DNA of 64,000 nucleotides from Kiritimatiellia bacterium (GTDB taxonomy: Bacteria > Verrucomicrobiota > Kiritimatiellia > RFP12 > UBA1067). Numbering within the stretch: the first letter of the stretch is position 1; every line of letters starts with the position of its first letter. The notes under the pieces were generated by a model, which did no database searches, was not told the DNA's origin, and worked only from the letters and a program-made list of their open reading frames with translations. The stretch lies in assembly GCA_045536845.1 (NCBI GenBank), contig JAZSOG010000052.1, positions 8,932-72,931 of the forward strand, given 5' to 3'. Positions 1 to 9,793 of this stretch are shown here, in pieces. A program made the position numbers and the translations under genes.

Positions 1-462
1 GCACTCGCGGAAGTGGTTAGCAGGGAACTCTCTGGCAAGAATCCGCGCGCAATCCTCGACATGGGCTGTGGCTGCGGTCTCGTCGGCTTCCTTGTCGCGG
101 CGAGCCTGAAGGCTCCTGTTCGTCTTGTAATGGTCGATTCTCATACGCGGGCGGTCGAGGCGGCAAATCTCAATGCGGGGAAGCTCGGGATCCCTGCCGA
201 GGTAATACTTTCCGACAATGGAACTCCTGCGCAGATGGATGGCTCTTTCGATGTTTTTGCGGGCAATCCTCCGTACTACAGCGACTACCGCATAGCCGAC
301 ATCTTCCTTGAGACTGCACAGCGCGCGCTAAAGCCGGGCGGCGTCTGCTACACGGTCTGCAAGAACGCCGATGGTCTTGAACCTGTCCAGCGCCGCTATT
401 TCCCTGAAGTGGAAATTATCCGCCGTCGCGGCTATGCCGTCCTCAAATCCGTCAAAAATTGA
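1..462 (+). CDS. Class I SAM-dependent methyltransferase, small-domain/RsmC-like; 5' end lies before the window
   Basis: Motif I LDMGCGCG, VDSH, motif IV GNPPY; frame open from base 1. Confidence 0.8.
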   Translation, partial: ALAEVVSRELSGKNPRAILDMGCGCGLVGFLVAASLKAPVRLVMVDSHTRAVEAANLNAGKLGIPAEVILSDNGTPAQMDGSFDVFAGNPPYYSDYRIADIFLETAQRALKPGGVCYTVCKNADGLEPVQRRYFPEVEIIRRRGYAVLKSVKN

Positions 463-476
463 TATAATACACTCCT

Positions 477-2933
477 ATGAACTTGTCAATTCTCCTTGCC
501 GCGACGTTCATCTCTGGCGTCAATCCTGAATTGCATACTTTCAACCACGAGGGCGAATGCGGAACCGGCGCGGTCGTGCCGTGGGCGGGAAGCCTGTGGG
601 CGATCTCGTACGCGCCTCACATGCCGAACTGCTCGACCGACAAGCTTTACGAGATAAAGCCCGACATGACGCGCGTCATCCGCGCCGAGTCGATTGGCGG
701 TACGCCGGCGAACCGACTCATCCACAAGGAGTCGAACCAGCTCTTCATCGGGCCGTACGCAATCGACGAGAAGGGCAACGTCCGCGTTATGAAGCCCATC
801 AACGACGACGGCTCGACGAACCTCTACGGACGTCTCACCGCGAGCGCGCGCCACCTCACGGATCCCGCGCACAAGATCTACACGATGACGATGGAGGAAG
901 GCGTCTACGAGATTGATGTCGATACGCTTAAGGTCACCGAGCTTTTCCGTGACGGCAACATCCAGGGCTATGGCAGGCACGACGGCAATCTTCTCCCCGG
1001 ATACCACGGCAAGGGCGGCTATTCCGGCCAGGGGCGTCTCGTCTACGCGAATAACGGCGAGTTCTCCTCCGCCGCGATGAAAGACCCCACGACGACGAGC
1101 GGCGTTCTCGCAGAGTGGAACGGCAAGCCCGGCAAGGAGAACTGGAAGATCGTCCTCAGGAATCAGTTCACCGACATCACCTCGAAGGGCGGCATCTATG
1201 GCGCGGCGAATCCCGAAAAAGACCCCCTCTGGGCAATCGGCTGGGATTACAAGAGCGTGATCCTCATGATTCTCGACGGCGGAGAGTGGCACAAGTACCG
1301 TCTTCCCAAGGGCTCGCACAGCTACGACGGCGCGCACGGCTGGAACACCGAGTGGCCGCGTATCCGCGAAATCGGCGAAGGCGACGACTTCCTCATGACG
1401 ATGCACGGCACGTTCTGGCACTTCCCCGCGACGATGAGCGCGAAGAACTCGGCTGGAATCCGTCCGCGCTCCAACTACCTCAAGATCGTCGGCGACTTCT
1501 GCCGCTGGGGCGACAAAGTCGTGCTTGGCTGCGACGACACTGCGAAGAACGAGTTCCTCAACAAGCGCAAGGCGAAGGGCGGCATCGGCGCCCCCGGCCA
1601 GTCCAACAGTTCGCTTTGGTTCCTCGACTCCAAGGATCTCGATTCGTTCGGCCCGGTCATCGGCCGCGGCGCAGTGTGGCAGGGCGAGGACATAAAGGCG
1701 GGTGAAGTGTCCGACCCCTATCTTTGCGATGGCTATGACCACAAGATGATGTTCCTCAAGATGGACGGTGACGGCTCAATCGGTTTCGAGGTCGATCGTC
1801 GCGGCACCGGGGAATGGGAATCCGTTGAAAAGGCGCCTATCCCGAGCTGGGTGTCGGTAAACGGCGAGAGCTGCAAGCCAATGAAACTGGGTTCCGAGAG
1901 CAGGATTGCTTGGGTTCGTCTTCGTGCGAAAACCGACCTCAAGAACGTGACGGCTGAATTTCAGTATTGGAACGATGACAAGCGCACGGCCGTTCCACGT
2001 CGCGGTGTCGCGCCCGGCGGGATGTTCACGGGTTTCGTGAGCGCTGACGCGCTGGATCCAGACCATTCTCAGGCCCCTGCCGCTTCGAGGGGCATTGTCA
2101 GGAGCGGCGAGGGCGACGAGAATCTTCCGCTTGAGATGGTGCAGGACGACCAGCTCTATATTATGCTTCCCGGCGAGGGCGGCAAGCTTGAACTCAAGAA
2201 GTCCGACAACGAGAAGAAGCTCGCGCAGGTCAAGAAGGAGTTTGCTATTGACGCCGGGCAGGATCTCGGCGACAGCTATGACAAGGCGTCCGCCGTTATT
2301 ACGGACGACGAAGGCCGCCGTTGGCGCTTCCCGTATGCGACGGATGCGCATGCGCGCACCGGCCGCCTCTGCCGAGAGTGCTGCACCGAGCGCGACCTCC
2401 TCAACATCGGCGGAACCTTCTACGAGCTCCCGGCCGAGAACGCGGGCGGGTTCGCGAAGGCGCGCGCAATTGCCACTCACAGGAGCCAGGTCTACGACTA
2501 CTGCACTTGGCGCGGACTCTTCGCCATCTCGGGCGTCGATCCTGCTGCGGCGGAAGCGGGCGAGCATTTCGTCAAGTCCGACGACGGCAAGGCCGCGCTC
2601 TGGGTCGGCGTCGCCGACGACCTCTGGAAGATCGGCAAGCCTGTCGGCGTTGGCGGCCCGTGGCTTGACACCGCCGTAAAGGCCGAGGTTCCGTCCGATC
2701 CCTACATCGTGACGGGCTTCGACAGGAAGCAGGTCGCCATCGCCACCGACAAGAACGCCAAGATACGCCTGGAGTTCGATGTCACCGGCAGCGGCACCTG
2801 GATTCCCCTCTACAACGTCGAAGTTAAGGCCGGCAAGTGGCGTAGCATCGACCTTGGCGGCATCCGCGCCTACTGGGTGCGTGCTGTTGCGGATTGCGAC
2901 TGCACTGCGACTGTTCAGTTCAAGTACGAGTGA
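477..2933 (+). CDS. Secreted conserved hypothetical protein, 818 aa, probably beta-propeller rich
   Basis: Long ORF with host-like codon usage, N-terminal signal-like segment, TGATATAAT promoter 8 nt upstream of ATG. Confidence 0.75.
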   Translation: MNLSILLAATFISGVNPELHTFNHEGECGTGAVVPWAGSLWAISYAPHMPNCSTDKLYEIKPDMTRVIRAESIGGTPANRLIHKESNQLFIGPYAIDEKGNVRVMKPINDDGSTNLYGRLTASARHLTDPAHKIYTMTMEEGVYEIDVDTLKVTELFRDGNIQGYGRHDGNLLPGYHGKGGYSGQGRLVYANNGEFSSAAMKDPTTTSGVLAEWNGKPGKENWKIVLRNQFTDITSKGGIYGAANPEKDPLWAIGWDYKSVILMILDGGEWHKYRLPKGSHSYDGAHGWNTEWPRIREIGEGDDFLMTMHGTFWHFPATMSAKNSAGIRPRSNYLKIVGDFCRWGDKVVLGCDDTAKNEFLNKRKAKGGIGAPGQSNSSLWFLDSKDLDSFGPVIGRGAVWQGEDIKAGEVSDPYLCDGYDHKMMFLKMDGDGSIGFEVDRRGTGEWESVEKAPIPSWVSVNGESCKPMKLGSESRIAWVRLRAKTDLKNVTAEFQYWNDDKRTAVPRRGVAPGGMFTGFVSADALDPDHSQAPAASRGIVRSGEGDENLPLEMVQDDQLYIMLPGEGGKLELKKSDNEKKLAQVKKEFAIDAGQDLGDSYDKASAVITDDEGRRWRFPYATDAHARTGRLCRECCTERDLLNIGGTFYELPAENAGGFAKARAIATHRSQVYDYCTWRGLFAISGVDPAAAEAGEHFVKSDDGKAALWVGVADDLWKIGKPVGVGGPWLDTAVKAEVPSDPYIVTGFDRKQVAIATDKNAKIRLEFDVTGSGTWIPLYNVEVKAGKWRSIDLGGIRAYWVRAVADCDCTATVQFKYE

Positions 2934-2955
2934 CGTCGGGGGGTTAATCTAAGAA

Positions 2956-3969
2956 GTGTCGCAAGTTCATGTCATAATTGGCGAAGACGACTATCTCGTG
3001 TCGGAGGCCGCGAAGCGGATCGTTGGCGACGGCATCGGGCTCGAGACGGTCGACTCTGCCAATTCGACGAACGAGGAACTTCAGCTAAGAGATCTCCGCG
3101 AGGCCGAGGCGTCGCTTCTGACGCCTCCTTTCCTCGACCCCAAGAAAACGACATGGTGGCGCAACGTCGGGTTCCTGCCGCAAAGCGGGAAGGGTGGCTC
3201 GTCCGAGGCGGTCAAGGCGGCGCTTGAGAAGTTTGCCGAGAAGCTCGCCGCCGCAGACCTTCCTGAAAACCAGCATTTCATCCTCTCTGGCCCGCGCCTA
3301 CTCCAGACTTCGATTTTCGCCAAGACGCTTAAGGCGTCGGTCGAGATGGTCGTCTTTTCCGCCGGTAAACCGTGGGAGCAGGCGAAGGCCGCAGCCGTGC
3401 GAGTCATCGATCTTGCGAAGGAGATGGGGCTTTCATTTGAGCGCGGCGCGGCGGAGATCTTTGTCGCCCGCGTCGGTCCAGATTCGCGCTCGCTCGCGAG
3501 CGAACTTGCGAAGATGCGCGACTACCTCGGCGGCGAGCGCAGCAAGATAACTGCCGCCGACATCGCGGAAGTCACTTCTCAAGGCGTTGGCGTCGAGCCG
3601 GAGATATGGGCGATAACAGACGCGCTTGGCGAGAGAAACTTTGCGAAGGTGCTCGATTCCGTTAGCCGCTTTGAGCGCGAGAATGGCTTTGCGGTTCTTG
3701 TTACGACGGTAGTGGAGAAGTTCTTCCGACAGCTTGCGGAGCTTAAGGACGCCGAGGCGAAAGGACGCTTCGGCGAGGCGACCGAGGGCATGAACCCGTA
3801 TGCCGCGAGGAAGAACCAGGGATTTCTCCGCAACTGGTCGCTGAACGAGCTTCGCGCCGCGCGCTTCCGCTTTCTCGAACTGCGCGAACGCGCCGTCTCG
3901 TCGCAATCCGCCGACGCCCTCGTTGTCGCGCGTCTCGCGCAGGTCTGCCGCAGGAGGGCTGCGCGGTGA
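2956..3969 (+). CDS. holA: DNA polymerase III delta subunit
   Basis: N-terminal VIIGEDDYLV, LASELAKMRDY, ITAADIAEV, IWAITDALGERN match HolA; 337 aa. Confidence 0.85.
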   Translation: MSQVHVIIGEDDYLVSEAAKRIVGDGIGLETVDSANSTNEELQLRDLREAEASLLTPPFLDPKKTTWWRNVGFLPQSGKGGSSEAVKAALEKFAEKLAAADLPENQHFILSGPRLLQTSIFAKTLKASVEMVVFSAGKPWEQAKAAAVRVIDLAKEMGLSFERGAAEIFVARVGPDSRSLASELAKMRDYLGGERSKITAADIAEVTSQGVGVEPEIWAITDALGERNFAKVLDSVSRFERENGFAVLVTTVVEKFFRQLAELKDAEAKGRFGEATEGMNPYAARKNQGFLRNWSLNELRAARFRFLELRERAVSSQSADALVVARLAQVCRRRAAR

Positions 3970-4679
3970 GCCGCGAGATGCTAAACCTGAAAAACGCCGC
4001 GGAGCACGTTCACATGGATGCGAACGAGCTTCGGCACGTGGCGCAGCGCGGCGAGATAGAGTTCGACGAGCACGGCGGTGACCTTTGGTTTGAACATCGC
4101 GTCCTCGACGAGTGGGCGCAGCGCAACTTGCTCGCTTCGGGCCGCAAGGAGCAACTTCGCCAGCATAGCGTCATCCTCGAAGAGCAGCGCCGCTCAAACA
4201 GTTCCGACTGGCGCGTATGGCGGCTTTTCGCGCCGACGGGGATCGTGCTCGATGTCCCTGGCAAGGCGAAGGCGGGGATACTGCGCGACATGACGAGCAT
4301 CGCGGACGCGACCGGTTTCGTCTACGATCCTGACGGGCTTTTCAAGGAGCTTGTCGCTCGCGAGGAAACGGCGTCTACGGCTGTCGGCGAGGGTGCGGCA
4401 TTTCTCCATCCTCGCTTCCACGACCCGTATATGTTCCAGGAGACGTTCATCGCCTACGGGCGCAGCGAGCGGCCTGTATTCTTTGGCGCGCCCGACGGGC
4501 AGGGCACGCGTCACTTTTTCCTCGTGTGCTCGACCGACCACGAAATGCATCTTCACATTCTCGCACGCCTCGCAGTCATGGCGCATGCAACCGAGTTTCT
4601 CCAGATACTCGACGAGGCGACGAGTCCGGAGCAGGTCGTCGAGATAGTCCGCGCGGCGGAGGAGGGTCTGCTTAAATGA
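3966..4679 (+). CDS. Excisionase-like HTH fused to a PTS EIIA (Fru/Ntr-type) domain
   Basis: N-terminal LNLKNAAEHVHMD HTH; REETASTAVGEGAAFLHPR phospho-His motif; HLHILARLA. Confidence 0.8.
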   Translation: MSREMLNLKNAAEHVHMDANELRHVAQRGEIEFDEHGGDLWFEHRVLDEWAQRNLLASGRKEQLRQHSVILEEQRRSNSSDWRVWRLFAPTGIVLDVPGKAKAGILRDMTSIADATGFVYDPDGLFKELVAREETASTAVGEGAAFLHPRFHDPYMFQETFIAYGRSERPVFFGAPDGQGTRHFFLVCSTDHEMHLHILARLAVMAHATEFLQILDEATSPEQVVEIVRAAEEGLLK

Positions 4680-5314
4680 AGAAGCTCTGGTTCTTTGACC
4701 TCGACGGCACTCTCGCCGATACCGACCGAGACATCCGCGAGGCGTGGAAGGCGACGCTTGCCGACCTCGGGCTCGAGTGCCCCGGCTTCGACGCCGGTTT
4801 TGTCGCAGGTCCGCCGATCGAGGACATGGCAAGGACGCTTTTCCCCGAGATCTATACCGACGCGCTTGGCGCGGCGATTCGAAAGGGCTTCGGCGAGCAC
4901 TACGACAACGACGGCTTTCCGAACACTGTCGAGTATCCGGGAATCGTCGACCGCGTGCGCGAGCTGAAGGCGTCTGGCGCGACAGTCGTCGTTGCGACGA
5001 ACAAGCGCTATGTCGGTGCGAGGCTGATTGCGGAGAAGTTCGGCTGGGAGCGCGTCTTTGACGGCATCTACGCCGGTGACATGTTCAAGGACGATCCCGC
5101 GATAGGCAAGATGACGAAGTCGGTGCTTCTTTCGTTTCTCATGCGGAAATACGCCGCGACGCCAGAGGAATGTGCAATTGTCGGTGACACGAAGAGCGAC
5201 TTTATTGCGGCGAAGGACAACGGTATCGAATCAGTCGGCGTTACATGGGGCTACGGCAAACCCGAGGAGCTCGCCCTCGCGAGCCGTATTGCCCATACCC
5301 CTGCCGAAGTATGA
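4676..5314 (+). CDS. HAD-family hydrolase, phosphoglycolate phosphatase-like
   Basis: FDLDGTLADT, ATNK, IVGDTKSD, GVTWGYG. Confidence 0.9.
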   Translation: MKKLWFFDLDGTLADTDRDIREAWKATLADLGLECPGFDAGFVAGPPIEDMARTLFPEIYTDALGAAIRKGFGEHYDNDGFPNTVEYPGIVDRVRELKASGATVVVATNKRYVGARLIAEKFGWERVFDGIYAGDMFKDDPAIGKMTKSVLLSFLMRKYAATPEECAIVGDTKSDFIAAKDNGIESVGVTWGYGKPEELALASRIAHTPAEV

Positions 5315-5330
5315 TATAATATAGCGGACA

Positions 5331-6041
5331 ATGTTTGAAGTGCGGAACATCGCGTTTACCTACCACAAGAAGCAAGTCTTGCGGGATGTGTCGTTTGTCG
5401 TCTCTCCAGGCGAGGTCGTGTGCGTGATTGGGGCCAACGGAGCCGGCAAGACGACGCTTCTCAAGGTGCTTGCGACCCTTGCCGCGCCCGATTCCGGCGT
5501 AGTGATGGTCGACGGCCAGAACGCATTTGCGAAACCCTTGCGTTACCGCCGCCAGCTCGGCTATCTGCCCGAGCGCGTCGCTCTCTACGAGGAGATGACC
5601 GTCAAGGAGTACTTGAACTACCGCGCCGCGCTGAAGGGCGAGCCGGTGAAGCGCATCCGCAGGCGCGTCGACGAGGCGTGCGAGATGTGCAAGGTGTCGG
5701 AATTCCTGCGTTCCCCGATTGGAAGTCTCTCCGCTGGGCTAAAGAAGCGCGTGGCGCTCGCAGATGCGCTTCTCCTGAGGCCGCGCGTCCTGCTCTTGGA
5801 CGACTTCCTCGCGGGGCTCGACAGCGACATGCGCGAAACCGCTGGCGCCGTGCTGTCAAACGCCGCCGCGTTCTCGTCGGTCATAGCGACAGGACACGAG
5901 CTTGACGATCTCGCAAAGTGGGCGACAAGGTTCTTCATTCTCAGGGACGGGGTGATTTCCGCGTCCGTGTCGGCCGTAGGCGTCGACAGGAGTTCCATTC
6001 GCGGCCGTATTGCCGCGGCGCTAAAGGGGAGCATCTCATGA
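5331..6041 (+). CDS. ABC transporter ATP-binding protein, GldA-like
   Basis: Walker A GANGAGKT, LSAGLKKRV signature, LLLDD Walker B. Confidence 0.9.
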   Translation: MFEVRNIAFTYHKKQVLRDVSFVVSPGEVVCVIGANGAGKTTLLKVLATLAAPDSGVVMVDGQNAFAKPLRYRRQLGYLPERVALYEEMTVKEYLNYRAALKGEPVKRIRRRVDEACEMCKVSEFLRSPIGSLSAGLKKRVALADALLLRPRVLLLDDFLAGLDSDMRETAGAVLSNAAAFSSVIATGHELDDLAKWATRFFILRDGVISASVSAVGVDRSSIRGRIAAALKGSIS

Positions 6042-8104
6042 GTCCGGTGCGCGTCACTTGGAGGCGCACCATCGGCCGTGCGCGCAGCCTCTACTCTACG
6101 GCGTTCGCAGCTGGCGGGTTCCTTGCGGCCGCGGCGGCTCTCTTCGCGTTCAAGCTCGATGCGGCAGAAGGCGCCAGTCTCTCGGTCGCATCCGTCTGGG
6201 CGGCGAGCGTCTCTCCGTTCCTCCCCGCGCTCGCGGCGTTCTTTGCGATGGACGTATGGAGCGACGAGCTGCAGTCGGGGCGCGTAGAACTTCTTCTTAC
6301 TACTCCGGTGAGGGAGCGCGAATTTACGCTCGGCAAGTTCCTCGGCGTCTTTTCGATGGTAGTGATTTCAACGTTCCTCTCGTTTGCCTCGACCGTAGTC
6401 GCGCTGCGCATATATGCGCCGTCTGCGCTCGCTGGCGTCGGCGTTCTCGGCTTCTGCCCCGCGTTTCTCGCGCTTATGCTCCAGAGCGTCCTCTGGTGCG
6501 CGGTTTCGGTCGCGATGAGCTCCCTTTTCCGGCATGCAGCGGCGGCAGCGTGTGCGTCGCTCCTCCTTCTGGTAGGCATCCCTCGCGGCGGATGGGCCGC
6601 GCTTCTCGCCTGGGCCCCGCAGGGCAGGACGGCGTTCGGGGAGATGATTCTCGACGCGCATGTGATCGACATGTCCTCGGGTCTTTTCTCGTCGGGCACA
6701 GTCCTCTCGTATCTCGTCCTTTCGTCGTTCTTCCTCTTCGTCGCCTCGAAGAACGTCGCCATGTACCGCTACAGTGGTCGAGGCGGCCGTTCGTTGCGGT
6801 TTTCCACCGCCTTTGCGATAGTCCTCGCCGGTGTCTTCTCTGGGCTTGTCGTCGAACTCGTGAACCGTCTCGACTCGAAGCTCGACCTGCCGGTCGGAAA
6901 CCTCGAGACCGAGTTCTCCGGCAGGACACGCGGCATACTTTCCTCGGCTCAGGGTGAAATGACGGTGACGTGCTTCCTTCCCCGCAAGGACGCGCGCTTC
7001 CGCCCGATTGGTCGCTTCCTCCGTCGTCTCCAGCGCGAGTCGGCGTCGCTCGGCGGGCTCAATATAGACCTCCGCTTCGTAGATCCGCTGTGGGATCTCG
7101 GCCCGGCTGAACGGCTCGTGCGCCTTGGCGCTGCCGAGGGCAGTCTCGTCTTCGAGAAGGGCCGCCGCAACGTCGTGCTGCCGCTTGCCGAGGGATATGG
7201 CGAGCGGATATGCGCGTCGTCCATACAGAGCCTCACGGTGCCGCCGCAGAGGCGCAACGTCTACTGGACCGTCGGGCACGGCGAGGCGGCTAGCGAGGAA
7301 TACGGCACCTTCGGAATGAGCGACATAGCGCGCGACCTTTCGCGCGAAGGGTACAGGAACATGCCGATCGACCTCGCGGGCGACGCGCAGATTCCGTCTG
7401 ACTGCGCTCTCATAGTCGTCGCCGGCGCGAAGGAAGACTTCTCCCGCGCAGAGGCAGGCCGCATCGACTCGTATCTCCGCGCAGGCGGTCGTCTTCTCGT
7501 CCTTCTCGCGACGGCAGATTTCGGCGGCGTCGCCTCGCTGCTCCCCGGCTGGGGTCTCAGGCCCTCTTTGGTGACGACGACCGGCGCAAAGTCTCTTTCG
7601 GGAACCGACCTCATCGTCGGAGAGTTCTCCGAACATGCGATTTCGAAGCCGCTGCAGGGCTCTCGCATCGTCCTCGAGCGGCCTGTCGGCTTCATGCCGT
7701 CCGCCGCCGCGGAAACGGGAACAGGTGCCGACCGCATAGAGTTCACTCCGCTCGCCAAGGCGGGCACCGCTGTGGTCGCGGCTGCGGTTGAGCGCGGAGT
7801 GGGAGCGGGCGCAGACCTTTCGATACGCCCGATGCGCATAGTGGCGATAGGCGACGCTGGCTTCGTCATGAACGGCCAGCTCGCGGCGCGCGCCAACGCC
7901 AACCGCGACTTCTTCCTGAACTGCGTCGCGTATCTCTCGGGAACGGACGCGTCGGTCGCGAGCGGAGCCGAGACGAATGTGCTGACGACAGGGCTTGACC
8001 GCGCCGCGCGGATACACTTCGCCGCCGTAATCGCCGGCGCCGTTCCGTTCGTCGTGTTCCTGCTGCTGATGGCGGTCGCCGCCAGAAGGAGGCGTCGCGC
8101 ATGA
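6038..8104 (+). CDS. ABC-2 permease fused to a GldG/GIFT-like substrate-binding domain
   Basis: ATGA overlap with the ATPase; multi-TM N-terminus (ELLLTTPVREREFTLGKF); VYWTVGHGE and NRDFFLNCVAYL are GldG-like. Confidence 0.8.
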   Translation: MSPVRVTWRRTIGRARSLYSTAFAAGGFLAAAAALFAFKLDAAEGASLSVASVWAASVSPFLPALAAFFAMDVWSDELQSGRVELLLTTPVREREFTLGKFLGVFSMVVISTFLSFASTVVALRIYAPSALAGVGVLGFCPAFLALMLQSVLWCAVSVAMSSLFRHAAAAACASLLLLVGIPRGGWAALLAWAPQGRTAFGEMILDAHVIDMSSGLFSSGTVLSYLVLSSFFLFVASKNVAMYRYSGRGGRSLRFSTAFAIVLAGVFSGLVVELVNRLDSKLDLPVGNLETEFSGRTRGILSSAQGEMTVTCFLPRKDARFRPIGRFLRRLQRESASLGGLNIDLRFVDPLWDLGPAERLVRLGAAEGSLVFEKGRRNVVLPLAEGYGERICASSIQSLTVPPQRRNVYWTVGHGEAASEEYGTFGMSDIARDLSREGYRNMPIDLAGDAQIPSDCALIVVAGAKEDFSRAEAGRIDSYLRAGGRLLVLLATADFGGVASLLPGWGLRPSLVTTTGAKSLSGTDLIVGEFSEHAISKPLQGSRIVLERPVGFMPSAAAETGTGADRIEFTPLAKAGTAVVAAAVERGVGAGADLSIRPMRIVAIGDAGFVMNGQLAARANANRDFFLNCVAYLSGTDASVASGAETNVLTTGLDRAARIHFAAVIAGAVPFVVFLLLMAVAARRRRRA

Positions 8105-9789
8105 AGAACATGCGTATAATCGTCTGGCTTCTTGCGGGCATTTCGCTGCTCGTCGCGGCGAACTTCTTCCTCTCGTTCAACGACACGCCGGAAACTGCGA
8201 TCGTGCAGCGCAGGAGTCTGCTGACAGTTCCCGACGATGCCGTTTCGATGCTCGAGATATCGCGCGACGGCTCTGTTGAGTCGGTCCTTACGCGCACGGG
8301 CAGTTGGCGTCTCGTCGAGCCGTTTCCCGGCAGCGTAGACGAATCCGTCGTGCTGAAGCTTCTCGACGCGCTCGCGTATGCGCCGCTGGACGACTCGCTC
8401 GGCGACCAGGAGCTCCTGAAACTCGGCAGGACGCGCGCCGACTTCGGCCTCGAGAATCCGCGCCTTTGCATACGCGTGAGGGCAGGCGATACCGAGACTT
8501 CGATTTCCTTTGGCACAACCACGCCTTCGGCGTCTGGAGTTTATGCGGCGATAGAAGGCGTCCACGCGGTGTTTGTCGTTCCTTCGAACACTCTTGCCGC
8601 CGTTGACGTGCCGGCGTCTGGTTTCCGCCGCCGCACGCTGTTTACCTCCGGCGAGGAATCGGTCGCTTCGTTCGACGTGAAGCGCGGCACCGGTGAGTTC
8701 ATGCGCTTCAAGAGAGACGGCGACGGCTGGGCCATGGTGCAGCCGACCGAGGGTCCTGCGTCAGCGCCGAAGATCAAGAAGCTCCTTACCGACGTGATGT
8801 CTGCGAGCGCCTATGATTTCGTGTGGCCCATCGGCGGCTCCAACGAGGTTGCAGAGGTGTCGGGCGCGCTTCTCGCCGGCTACGGCCTTGGCGCCGAGAA
8901 CGCAGTCACGCTGACGCTGAAGGGCACGGACGGTTCGGACAGGCGCATATCTTTCGGTTCCGATGCCGGCGAAGGCCGCGTTTATGCTCTCGTCCACAAC
9001 GGCTCTGCGATAGTCACCGTCGACGGGTCTTTGAAGGACATGGCATCGCTTGGCAATTCCGCGTTTGCCGACACGCGTCTCTTCCCGTACGAGGCCTCGC
9101 AGGTCAACGGCATTTCGATCGTTGACGGTGGAGTCACTTGCATGCTGGCTAAGAACGACGACGGTTCGTGGCGCATGGATTCGCCCATTTCCGCGCCTGC
9201 GTCGCTTACGGCCGTCGAGTCGCTTGTGTCGGCCGTGCTTGCGCTTCGCGGCGGCGATGCAGACGAGAAGGGCGTGGAGGTCTCGATCTCCGCCGACGAG
9301 CGCAAGGTGCATGTGGCCCGCGGGTCGCTTGGCACGCATTTCCGTCTCGAGAATCTCCGCAGTCTCGAGATACTGAAGATAGACCCCGCTTCCGTAAGGC
9401 GGCTTTCCGTCACTGGTACCAACGCGAACAAGATGAAGTCGGTTGCCTATGACCGCGACAGGCGCGCATGGAGCGTCGAGGCGTCTTCCGTTTCCGGCAC
9501 TGTGTCCGAAGGCGGCATAACGCGCGTCCTCGGCGTGGTGAATCCGCTTGAGGCCGGCAGGATCGTGAAGCTCAAGGTGTCGGCGGACGATCTCGGCGGC
9601 TATGGGCTGGACAAGCCGCGGCTTACCGTTGCGATAGATCTTGAACGCGAGGACGCGATAAGGCGCAACATTCTTGTCGGCGATGCGACCGATGGCGGGT
9701 GCTTTGCGACCGTTGGCGCGTCGGATGCCGTTTTTGTGCTGTCGGAGTCGGCGGTGTACGACCTTTCTGCGGACATTGTCGAGGAGTAA
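8101..9789 (+). CDS. DUF4340-like membrane-anchored protein
   Basis: N-terminal TM; repeated DFGLENP / GYGLGAEN / GYGLDKP units; usual companion of GldAFG-like systems. Confidence 0.75.
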   Translation: MKNMRIIVWLLAGISLLVAANFFLSFNDTPETAIVQRRSLLTVPDDAVSMLEISRDGSVESVLTRTGSWRLVEPFPGSVDESVVLKLLDALAYAPLDDSLGDQELLKLGRTRADFGLENPRLCIRVRAGDTETSISFGTTTPSASGVYAAIEGVHAVFVVPSNTLAAVDVPASGFRRRTLFTSGEESVASFDVKRGTGEFMRFKRDGDGWAMVQPTEGPASAPKIKKLLTDVMSASAYDFVWPIGGSNEVAEVSGALLAGYGLGAENAVTLTLKGTDGSDRRISFGSDAGEGRVYALVHNGSAIVTVDGSLKDMASLGNSAFADTRLFPYEASQVNGISIVDGGVTCMLAKNDDGSWRMDSPISAPASLTAVESLVSAVLALRGGDADEKGVEVSISADERKVHVARGSLGTHFRLENLRSLEILKIDPASVRRLSVTGTNANKMKSVAYDRDRRAWSVEASSVSGTVSEGGITRVLGVVNPLEAGRIVKLKVSADDLGGYGLDKPRLTVAIDLEREDAIRRNILVGDATDGGCFATVGASDAVFVLSESAVYDLSADIVEE

Positions 9790-9793
9790 AACG

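Noticed and set aside
5331-9789. GldA/F/G-like genes as evidence of gliding motility
   Set aside because: This ABC module is widespread outside Bacteroidota and no gldK-N or T9SS genes are present
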